From positions 56,606,001 through 56,670,000 of the forward strand of contig OX597826.1 of NCBI GenBank assembly GCA_951406725.2: a stretch of 64,000 bases of DNA, given 5' to 3'. Numbering within the stretch: position 1 is the stretch's first letter; every line of letters begins with the position of its first letter. The notes below the pieces were generated by a model. It worked only from the letters and a program-made list of their open reading frames with translations, was not told where the DNA came from and ran no database searches. The stretch comes from Octopus vulgaris (Eukaryota). Of this stretch, positions 53,435 through 64,000 are shown piece after piece. The position numbers and the translations under genes are program-made.

Positions 53435-53622
53435 TAAGCACTCAATCTGCTAAAAATAGCATCCAAATCTCTCTTAAAACATACACTGCTATTTTAGAAT
53501 ATTCATTAGATGATATGGTATACTATGCCTTGAAAACACTAGTATGTTCACGACCGATATATATATTAGATCTTACAGCTTGATCAGGGCTGGGATGGGT
53601 CAAAATAGCAACAGCAACAACA
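53435..53622 (+). repeat. Family D dispersed repeat
   Basis: 'ctgctaaaaatagcatccaaatctctc...tgatcagggctg...caacagcaacaaca'. Confidence 0.55.
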
Positions 53623-53790
53623 TATCTTCTACTTAGATATGCCAAAGTATTTAAACCTCATCAGCTACATGTGGGCAGGGTCTCAAATGACCAAAATATC
53701 CCTAATGTAATCATAGTAATACAAATAACAAATCTTTCTCTAACAATTATTAATTAGTGGATTTGAGGTATCATAAATGTCTGTGCCAGA

Positions 53791-54018
53791 AGGCGGTGAG
53801 CTGGCAGAAACGTTAGCATGCTGGGTGAAATGCTTAGCGGTATTTCTGTCGTTACGTTCTGAGTTCAAATTCCGCCGAGGTAGACTTTGCCTTTGATCCT
53901 TTCGGGGTCGATAAATAAAGTACCAGTTTTGCACTGGGGTCGATGCAATCAACTTAATCCCTTTGCCTGTCCTTGTTTGTTCTCTCTATGTTTAGCCCCT
54001 TGTGGGCAGTAAAGAAAT
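53791..54018 (+). mobile_element. Young SINE family B with a 17-bp TSD
   Basis: Close to the 18699 copy. Flanks ataaatgtctgtgccag (53773-53789) and atagatgtcagtgccag (54019-54035) match at 15/17. Confidence 0.9.
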
Positions 54019-54029
54019 ATAGATGTCAG

Positions 54030-54348
54030 TGCCAGTGCCATGTAAAAGTGCCCATGCTAGTTCAGAGTAAAAGCACCTGTTGGTGCCACTTAAAAGCACC
54101 CAGTACACTCTGTAAAGTGTTTGGCATTAGTAAGGCATCAAGGACATCCAGCTGTAGAAACACTGTCAGATCAGACTGGAGCCTGGTGCAGCCTCCTGGC
54201 TTCCTAGACCCCAGTCAAACCATCCAACCCATGCTAGCATGAAAAATGTTTTATGTTTTTACCTCAGATGTATCAAAGACAACATAATCCAAAGTGCTTT
54301 TCCAATTTTAAGACAGAAAGCTGTCTTAAACGATGATGAAGATGATGA
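54030..54348 (+). mobile_element. Family C repeat, target of the preceding SINE insertion
   Basis: 'gtgccatgtaaaag...aaaagcacccagtacactctgtaaagtg...catccagctgtagaaac...catccaacccatgctagcatg...ttaaacgatgatg'. Confidence 0.7.
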
Positions 54349-54474
54349 TATATATATGTATATATATATATATAGCTATATAGTGCCTACAAGTCAGTAT
54401 ACTTTAGTTGTGACTTTTAATTCTTACAGGGCTCAGTTATAGAAAGAGGAGCTGCACAATTTTGAGCCTCTGTG

Positions 54475-54656
54475 TGACTGCTCCACTTGGTAGAAATAGC
54501 AGGAAAATGTTTCATAATTTGCAGTTTACCTACTGCCTTCTAAGAAGTAAGGACACATTAAAATCCATGATCGGTATGACTGGAATGCCTCTCATCACAG
54601 ATCTGCTCAATTAGAGTTGTTGAGTTAAACAACAACGACAACAACAACAACAACAA
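54475..54656 (+). repeat. Family D dispersed repeat
   Basis: 'tagaaatagcagg...aaggacacatt...atgactggaatgcctc...ttaaacaacaac'. Confidence 0.55.
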
Positions 54657-54896
54657 TTACTTGAGATAACCTGTGATTCTACCCAAGATGAGAAATGTAC
54701 CACATCCACTTAACGTTGTTGAATCCAGAGTTAAGCAGCAGCTTGGAGAGAGAGAGATAGAGCTTCACTAGATTACGTTTGCATAAAGAAAGAAAAATGC
54801 CAGAATTAAGCAAATACAAGAGCAAAAGAAAATATTTTGTCAGAAATTGAGTGCTTATTAAGTTCTAACAATGGAAATAATAGTGTGTGTGTGCGC

Positions 54897-54941
<45 letters not shown>

Positions 54942-55307
54942 ACAAATACTGAATAATATCAGTTCAACAGGTATACTCTAATATCAATACACTAATGTAT
55001 GTGCTTCAGGCTCTGTGCGAGTTTATCTACATTTGTATTGTTGTACTTGTATGCAACTAAAGATATTTACACACATACACACACATAAATAAATACATAC
55101 ATACTTACATACTTACATACATATAGGGGTATGTATGCGCACATGCGCTTTAATCTCCCCTCCACACACAGACACAAGCATGCACACATACATTCGCAGT
55201 TTCTGACTAATATCACACTAATTTTCACAACTATTTTGCTGGGTAAACACGGAAACATACAACAAGCTTTTATAACAATACACACCCAGATACACATACA
55301 TACATAC

Positions 55308-55394
<87 letters not shown>

Positions 55395-56080
55395 GTATAT
55401 ATATATATATATATGTACCTGTATATAACTTCTTGCCAGCACATATGTATCTTATGTATAAGTGTATATGCATACAAGCAAACATACATACATACATACA
55501 CACATATACACTGACACTTATATACACACTTATATACATCATTTATACACACGCACAAATGCACATATACATTTCTCCATTTCTTTCACCCCCACTTCTC
55601 TCTCCTCTTTTCTTTTCTATGCTTTTCTCATCTCCCACCTACCCTCATTCCATTATGGATTCAGACTTCCTATTATTTCTACCTGAACATCACCATTAGA
55701 AGAGAAATAAGGATTCTTTTGGAATCAGAAACTGATTTTGCTTTGTGGTGCTAAATTATAGCATAATCTTTATAGCCTAAGGTTGCTGGAAGTAACATCA
55801 GTAGTGGTAACGGTGAGAGAGAAAGAGAGAGAGAGAGAGAAAGAAAGAAAGAGAGAGAGAGACAGGAGAAGTGTGTAGGACTGAGGTGATGAGGTGAGGT
55901 TGATAGTGATGGCAGTAGCGATGGTTAGTGAGGCAGGTGGGCGGTGGGTTTTGGGAAGGATTGAGGGCACTCTTAAATAGACTCTAATTAGGCGAGTTAT
56001 GATGATAGCATCGGCAGGCAGGGCCTCATAAAAGGTGTATGGAGAGAGAGAGAGAGTGTGTGTGTGTACATGTGTGTGTG

Positions 56081-56123
<43 letters not shown>

Positions 56124-56285
56124 AACCATATAAACAAAACCAAGCCAGCAAGCTCCTTTCCTAAACTGAAGACATTGCTATTTGCAGATTGCTAAATACT
56201 TTCTATTTGCTCCTACAGCAACAAGTTACTCTCTACACTACACACAAGCACTCACTCACTCACTCAAGTATACACACACACATCC

Positions 56286-56317
<32 letters not shown>

Positions 56318-57223
56318 ACACTCAAGCACACACAAACACACACTTGTTAACTAACGTTGATGCCAATAGAGTGAAGATTTTTGCTATTTCCAAAGGAACC
56401 CTTCTCAAAGTTAATCAATATTTTCCCCAAGACTTCTTCTCCCCTCCCTTTCACACATTTCCCCCTCCTCCTCCTCCACCACCTCCTCACAATACATAAC
56501 AGTGTCAAGATTCATTTTAGTCATATTTTTATATTTGTTGTTGTTGTTGTTGTTATTGTCTTTTTTTTTCTCCATTTGTCATTGTTTATTTATTTATTTA
56601 TTTTTTTTTTTCCTCTTTGCCGTTCATTAATTATATGTTGTTGATTTTATATTATTTCATTTTGTTTTGTTTTGATTGTTTCTCCAGAAAATTAGAAAAC
56701 AAACAAAAACATATGAAACAACAACAACAACAACAACAAGAAGCTGCTACTAATAATGTAAAAAAAAAAAAGAAATTTTTTTTTTCTGCTGAAATGAAAA
56801 AAAAAAAGTTTAAAAATAAATACAAACAAGAAAGAAAGAAAGAAAGAAAGGAAAGAAAGAGTGCAGGTGGTGATGGAACTTACAATTGATGGGTTATCAT
56901 GACTTGAATACAGAAAAATATGAGAGTGAGAGAAGTGAGAGGGAGAGAAGGAGAGAGAGAGAGAGAATGAGAGGAAAGTATAAAAAGAGAAAAGAAAAAG
57001 AAAGTGATTCTTCTGGGAGAAATATTTTGGTAGGAACAAATTAGACTGTTGCAATGATTAGAATGTAGATTTTCCAGTACAGAAATTTCCATTTTCAAAC
57101 TAATTATGTGTAATAGAAGAGGCACAATAGCTAAGAGGCACAGTGAGTGTGAAAAGTTAAGGACACTTGTTGAACTACAAAACCATATGATCTTTATTTC
57201 ATATCTGGCCATTGTATTGGCAT

Positions 57224-57277
<54 letters not shown>

Positions 57278-57689
57278 CACTATTCTTTTTTTATATTGTT
57301 CACCTGAGCAAGGTAAAGTGCTAAACACTGCTTGTGCCACCTTCCTTGAAATCAGCAATAATTGCTCTCCCCCCCACCACCACCGCTGCCACCTGAATAA
57401 TAATTTCTATTGCTGCCTTCACATCTGAGAAGATGAAAGTAGAAAGGGAAACAAAGCTGGAAAAAATAACAGCTCCAATAACAAATTAGCTGATCCATAA
57501 AAACAAAGACACAACATGACTGATCAACAGTATAAGACTTCAAATATACAGGAGCCTTAAGTTTTATGTAGAAAACACCAAACATCATTTGACAAGTGTT
57601 TAGCACAAAACTTGAAGCCCCAAAGTAATTTCTGTAGTGTTTTTCAGTTTAAAAAATACAGTGTGTGTATGTATATACACACACATGAA

Positions 57690-57915
57690 AGCATCTGTGG
57701 CAGTGCCATGTAAAGAGCACTTGTGCTGGTGCCACATAAGAGCACCCAATATGCTCTATAAAGTGGCTGATATTAAGAAGGGCATCCTGCCTTAAAACCT
57801 TGCCAAAACAGACAATTAAAAGCAGGTGCAGCTCTTCAGCTTGCCAGCTCCTGTCAAACCATCCAACCCATTCAAGCATGGAAAACAGACATTGAATGAT
57901 GATAATGATGATGAC
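57690..57915 (+). mobile_element. Family C repeat
   Basis: 'gtgccatgtaaagagcac...aagggcatcctgcc...ccttgccaaaacagac...catccaacccattcaagcatggaaaacagacattgaatgatgat'. Confidence 0.7.
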
Positions 57916-58166
57916 ATACACACACTAAACAATATATTGGGTCCTCTTTTGCTCTTCTTTGTCAATTTGAATTACTTTGGTTTAAAAAGGTCATGCAACC
58001 TTTATCTGTTTAATACAATGGTCTGTGCTCTCTCTTGCCAGGAAAGTAAAACGAGTATAGTAAAGGTTATTTGATACAAATAGACTGATGAACTGATGCA
58101 AAAACACAACATCTACATTGTGGACACTATCTACAGCCTTAAAAACTGAGACTGAAAAAATCCATA

Positions 58167-58420
58167 TAGGTGCAACGGTGGCCGTGTAGTAAGAAGCTTG
58201 CTTCTCAACCATGTGGTCTTGGGTTCAGTCCCATTGCACAACACCTTGGACAAATGAGTTCTAATGTAAGCCCAAGTTGACCAAATCCTTGTGAGCATGT
58301 TTGTGTGTACCCTCCATGCTGTGACAGGAAGAGTATCCAGCTATAGAAACTCTACCTCAACAAATTCCATCACCCATACAAGAAAGGAAAAACGAGGGTT
58401 AAAGTGGTGATAATGATGAT
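58167..58420 (+). mobile_element. SINE family A head joined to a family C-like tail
   Basis: 'ggccgtgtagtaagaagcttgcttctcaaccatgtggtcttgggttcagtccc...caccttggacaa' followed by 'ggaagagtatccagctatagaaac...gttaaagtggtgataatgatg'. Confidence 0.65.
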
Positions 58421-58557
58421 CACAATCCTAATACTATTTATAGTAAAAAACAGTAAAGTGACCCATGAGTAGGGGATACTTCATAGAAAGACAATATCTA
58501 ATCGTTCAATTAGAATTCTTCATCTTGGAATAATTGTTCAATTAGAACTCTTCACTG

Positions 58558-58726
58558 TGGAATAAGCTGCCGGACGAGATAGTGAAGATGCCGACGACCG
58601 CTCGGTTCAAAGTCTCTCTTGACCAGAAATGGCCTGAACTCTTTGCATGAACACCCCTGTACATAACTCCATGTCCCCTATATGGCCTTGCTTTTTGCTT
58701 TTTGAGCCCAAAAATTAACTTAACTT
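58558..58726 (+). mobile_element. Short 5'-truncated CR1-clade LINE (ORF2 C-terminus plus 3' UTR), distinct from the 9020 family
   Basis: 58558-58650 translates as WNKLPDEIVKMPTTARFKVSLDQKWPELFA*, the WNxLP...FK..LD CR1 motif. It ends in a short (TAACT)n tail. Confidence 0.8.
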
Positions 58727-59746
58727 ATCTTAGAAGCCTGGCTTCACAGCAACCAAATATGATTTTTTTTGTTTTGAATATAGACACTTTTTGATACACT
58801 CCCCTACATCTAACCCCTTTGATTCCAAGACAAAGAGGACTGCAAACAGATTTGTATTAGAAATAGCGTTTTAATAAAATACAGCCAGAACTCCATATAA
58901 TATAAATTGATAACAGGAAGGGCATCAAGTCATAAATCCCAACTCTCAGTTCAATTTAATCCAGTACAATAGTAAATCGATACGTTAACAGGAACTGTGT
59001 TAAAATGAGGACGATATCTGATTTCTAACCAACCAAACTCAGTTTTTAGCTCAGAGAAGAAAAAGAAAAAAATTTTATAAACACCCATAACTGCATAGTA
59101 AACTGAATGACAATGATGATGATGATGATGATTGTAGTGATGATGTGAAAGCTTTGACATGAAATGGCATTGAGCTAGAGCAAGTTTCTGCTTTTGATCT
59201 GGTTTGGCTAGCTGTTTTAATTCTATGTTAACCCAGCCAGTATGACTTCCGAGAGTTAACACTGAGATTTCAAAGATTGCGAATCAGAAGAATGTAGACG
59301 CAAAATTGTCAGGGACAACTGAATAACTAAATAAAATATGTGTGTGTGTATGTGTGTCCGTGTGTGTGCGTGCATGTGTGAGTGTTTGCGTACAACTTTT
59401 TTTTTTATTTTCATTCTGTGTTCAAATATAATGCTTGTCTGTATGTATGTATGTATGTGTTTTCATTTCTGTAGTATATATATACACACAACTGTAAGAA
59501 ATACACTCTTTTATCATTATGCACACACACGCATGCACAGACGCACACCCCCACCCACCCATACATGCACGTGATCGCTTATATGGTCACGTGCTTGTGT
59601 GTGTGTGTGTGTGTGTGCATATGTGTAAGTGTATGTGTGCAGAAAGATGAAAGAGCTATTCACACCTGCTTCACACGTAGTTACAAGTCCGCCTGAAAGT
59701 AGCTGCCACTGAATGGAATGCAACATACATTTCTTTCAATCTGTGA

Positions 59747-59814
<68 letters not shown>

Positions 59815-60015
59815 GCAGATAGATATGTATATATGCATGTATATATATTGAACTGAATTGATAAAGATGCTGAACAGTTGAAATGAATGAATGAATGAAT
59901 GAAAATATACATACATACTTATAATATTTATATGTAAATAGATATATAGACATGTGTGTGTGAGATGTGTGTATGTATATAGACACACATATATGTATGT
60001 ATGTATGTTTGAATT

Positions 60016-60051
<36 letters not shown>

Positions 60052-60189
60052 CATACAAACATACATACATGTATATATGTATACATATATATACATACAA
60101 ACAAACACACACCTACATACGTTTATATTTCAGATTTATGCATGCACACATACACATATTTATTTGTGGATAAACAAATATATGTGATG

Positions 60190-60228
<39 letters not shown>

Positions 60229-60274
60229 CCATGCAAACACACACCTATATATGTATATAGATACAAGTGATGTA

Positions 60275-60350
<76 letters not shown>

Positions 60351-60786
60351 TATGTAATTTCACATACATACACACACAAATATGCATATATGTATGTGTG
60401 TATGTATATATGTATCTTTACCTATGTAATACACACATACACACACACTAAGTCAATCAATCACACATGCAAGTTATTCAATTGGAATATGTAGAGAAGA
60501 TGTGAACGCAGTGTAGCTGTGCAGCTGACTATATACGTGACAGAGATAATAAGGAGGAGGGGGGTGGAAATATAGGGCAGGTGTGTTGCTAACGGTTGAT
60601 ATTAGCAACGAGTAGTAAGTGGTAATAGAATAGAGGATGAGGAGGAGGAGAAAAAATAAATAAATAAACCCAGGTGAGTAGAGTTATTAGGAAATACAAA
60701 TATTACCTGTATTAACCCCAGCAGCAATAACTTAACATGTTGTCATCATTGACGTTCTTATGACTGTCATCATTCATATTTATGCT

Positions 60787-61035
60787 AATGATGATGATGA
60801 TGATGATGATGATGATTATCATCATCATCATCACCACCATGGTAGTTGTCATAATCATCATCACCATCATCATCATCACTGTCGTCCTCATTTCCACCAT
60901 CACCACTATGATCCTCCTCCTCATCATCATCATCATCACCATCATTATGATCACCACTGTGATCATCCTTATCCTCCTCCTCCTCTACCAGTGTCACCGC
61001 CGTCGTCGTCATCATCATCATCATCATCATCATCA
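60787..61035. repeat. Compound (GAT)n/(CAT)n/(CAC)n trinucleotide array
   Basis: Seen directly. It is the source of the spurious poly-His, poly-Asp and poly-Met ORFs. Confidence 0.9.
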
Positions 61036-62649
61036 ACAGCATGAATCACACTTAGAAATACAATTGAATTGAAGCAAAGATTACCTGTGCCACTACAATT
61101 TCTTCTCTTCTCTCTCTCTCTCTCTCTCATACACATACATTTCAACATCCATATATGAAGTGACTGACACATTTTCCTGATGAAATATGTACACATGCAC
61201 AATACATACATACATATACACACACACACACATTCTTAGATCCAGATGAAGACATATATGTAAACACATGATCTCTTCCAAATACACATATTCCTGTCAT
61301 ACATGTATTTTCATACAATCACATACGTGTAATTTAAACTGCATGTGTACACTCTCTTATACGCATGCACAGACACATACAAACACAGACACATACGTGC
61401 ACATTCATTATATACAAGCCACGTTACTCTCTCTCACTTCACTCCTACTAAATGCACTTACCTTTCACACACACACATACACATATATTCATACATTGAA
61501 CCATAGCTGCATATACACACACAAACACACAAATGTACTTCGGCTTTCACTGAAATATTATGAGATATCAGACACCACTCACATACCATTATAGTCAAAT
61601 ACACACACGACATGCTACCTCAGTTTTATAACACATCCTCTCTTTCTCTTTACTCTCTCTCTCTTTCTCACTTTAGTATCCCTCTGTCTCTTTTACTGTT
61701 TCTTTCTCTCTCTCTCTCTTACACACATACTGTGAATCTGTAGGAAAAGTATATATTTTTTCTAATGAGTCTTCAATTCTGCAGATTGAAAAGATTACTG
61801 ACCTTTGATGTCACTAACTTGTTTGATTTTGGCCTTTTTTTTGTTTTTAAATTTTTATTTTTGATTTATAATCATTTCTTTTTAATGCAACATTGAAATT
61901 TTTGATGAAGAATTTCTTCAAAAATCACCACCACCACCACCACCAACAACAACAACAGCACATTCCCGGATATCACCATCACAACAACAACAACAATCGT
62001 ACAAAACTACTGAATGTGCTGAGAATGTAACTAGTGTTTGAATAAAATATAATTGAAACTCAACAGTTAATTTCTGAAATCTTTTATTGGGAAGGAGTGG
62101 TGGGGGGGTCTAACTCAACATGCCACTAAGTTGCAACAATGGTTTTTTACACAGATGTCAAACACTAGGAATATAATATTTGCCAACCAATAAATCAAAG
62201 CCAAAATGGTATTATTTCAGCGAAAGCTAGGTGATTCTTTACCCAGAGTTTGTGGAATTCTACCCAAGAATTCTAATGATACTTTTTTTAAAAAAAAAAA
62301 AAAAAAGCATTATCTTAAAGAGCGAAGCTCTATATGCATACAACACATCCTTGCTTTATGACCTTGGATAGTGGAGATGTACATGCACACACATGCAGGC
62401 TTCATGACTTTCAATAGAAAGAAAAAACACATAGGCACACACTCTTGCATCATGACTTAAAGATAAAGACATATATGCTCACATATGTATATGCACAAAC
62501 ACGTTAGATAAAAAAACACAAAAACCCAGTTCAATATGACCATACAAACCATAACCAGTGGTCAGTATGCATGTAAACTCATGTAGTATAAGAACTTCGC
62601 ATGAAGAAGGAACAGTATTGATGTATTACATATTGTTTTTGTGGTAGCT

Positions 62650-62845
62650 GATTAGCCCTAAGTGAGCCCTGATTAAGCAATGATGGTTAAAAATGATCTA
62701 GTTGAGGTCACTTTATCTGGCTTTCAGGAATAATGTATCTAAGACATTAGAATTCATAATCTCCTTTTGTTATTTTCTAAAAGAATAAGGTATATGATTT
62801 GAGGGTGATTTGGCAGTTATTTTTGGGGGGGGTTGAGTGATTCAA
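62650..62845 (-). repeat. Family D dispersed repeat, inverted
   Basis: 'ttagccctaagtgagccctgattaagca...tttgagggtgatttggcagttattt'. Confidence 0.55.
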
Positions 62846-63012
62846 AGTCACAATTTTCTTTTTCTTTTAAATAAAACTTAATAATGGAAACACCTCATCT
62901 TCTCTTATACATACACAATTCGACCATAACATAAATATAATTTGGTATGGTTGTGTAACCATTGTAGAGTAGCCATTTGTCAACCAGGAATAAGTATAGG
63001 TTGATATCATAT

Positions 63013-63405
63013 TCTTCCTTTTACTTGTTTCAGTCATTTGACTGCGGCCATGCTGGAGCACCGCCTTTAGTCGGGCAAATCGACCCCGGGACTTATTCTT
63101 TGTAAGCCCAGTACTTATTCTATCGGTCTCTTTTGCCGAACCGCTAAGTGACAGGGATGTAAACACACCACCATCGGTTGTCAAGCAATGCTAGGGGACA
63201 AACACAGACACACAAACGCATATATATATATATATATATACGATGGGCTTCTTTTCAGTTTCCGTCTACCAAATCCACTCACAAGGCTTTGGTCGGCCAG
63301 AGGCTATAGTAGAAGACTCTTGTCCAAGGTGCCATGCAGTGGGACTGAACCCGAAACCATGCGGTTCGTAAGTAAGCTACTTACCACACAGCCACTCCTG
63401 CGCCT
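63013..63405 (-). mobile_element. SINE family A, full-length young copy
   Basis: Reverse complement: aggcgcaggagtggctgtgtggtaag (A box)...gggttcagtccc (B box)...caccttggacaag (CORE-like)...(TA)n...ccagcatggccgcagtcaaatgactgaaacaagtaaaagg. Confidence 0.9.
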
Positions 63406-64000
63406 ATGCAAAAATTTATGCAAAAATTTATGAAAAAGGAAAGGGATTTCAACTTCCTTCTAATAATATTAGAACTACTAAACAACACTCATACTTCTAG
63501 GAGGAAGTGGGGAAATCCCTATGTGTCAAAGATTCACAGTGTATCTTAATAAAAGATAAATTTTAGATTTAAATCAAATTGAGTAGATAGTGGAAAATAT
63601 GTTGGGGCTAGAAAGCAGTGACCCAAATAGACTTAGGACAACATAGTAGTTTGATACAGCAAATGCATATGTTGATATTTTTAATGCTGAGCCACCTTCT
63701 TAGTTCAATTATATTCTATCTTTCATGCGTGTTGATATCATTGCACTTCCTGTAGATCAAACCTAGCTGATTTCGCAGGCAAATTTTCTATGGTGTCAAC
63801 TTTTCTATGAAATGAACGATATTTGACAGTATTTAGATGAAAATTACAAGAGATATTCAAATTTATTCTATCTAGAACTGGAACCTTCCACATACCTTAA
63901 AATCATAGAAGATTGTTGTTGCAGATGAAAATAGAAATAAACTCCCACTGAACCAAGTTTCTTTTCCCAGTTCAGTTATGGTCATCTCTTTCTCTCTCAA

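Noticed and set aside
60760-61044. His/Asp-rich ORF resembling a metal-binding protein
   Set aside because: Arises from (CAT)n/(GAT)n arrays; no splice or domain support.

Overview
AT-rich eukaryotic genomic DNA saturated with microsatellites. The interspersed repeats (tRNA-derived SINEs with internal (TA)n, R4/Dong and CR1 LINE remnants, a Penelope-like remnant) match what I recall from coleoid cephalopods, most likely Octopus; this is recognition, not a database result. Only one host protein-coding exon is supportable: a 118-bp minus-strand exon (10812-10929) encoding the N-terminal part of an ephrin receptor-binding domain (FRPENQKLRVNIGDRVNIICPNYKSYSHESEMEYYSIYM) with canonical AG/GT sites. 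I could not find its upstream or downstream exons, so the window is probably mostly two large ephrin introns (>53 kb and >10 kb). Nearly all listed ORFs are microsatellite artefacts. The most notable observations are a minimal type-I hammerhead ribozyme motif in a Penelope-like remnant (5531-5568), a candidate internal first exon with a YY1 motif and a phase-compatible donor (about 6795-6910, minus), a hAT MITE nested in a SINE with an 8-bp TSD, a ~270-bp fold-back element, and modular SINE families. I see no firm evidence of a wholly new biological system. Repeat boundaries are approximate and read by eye.
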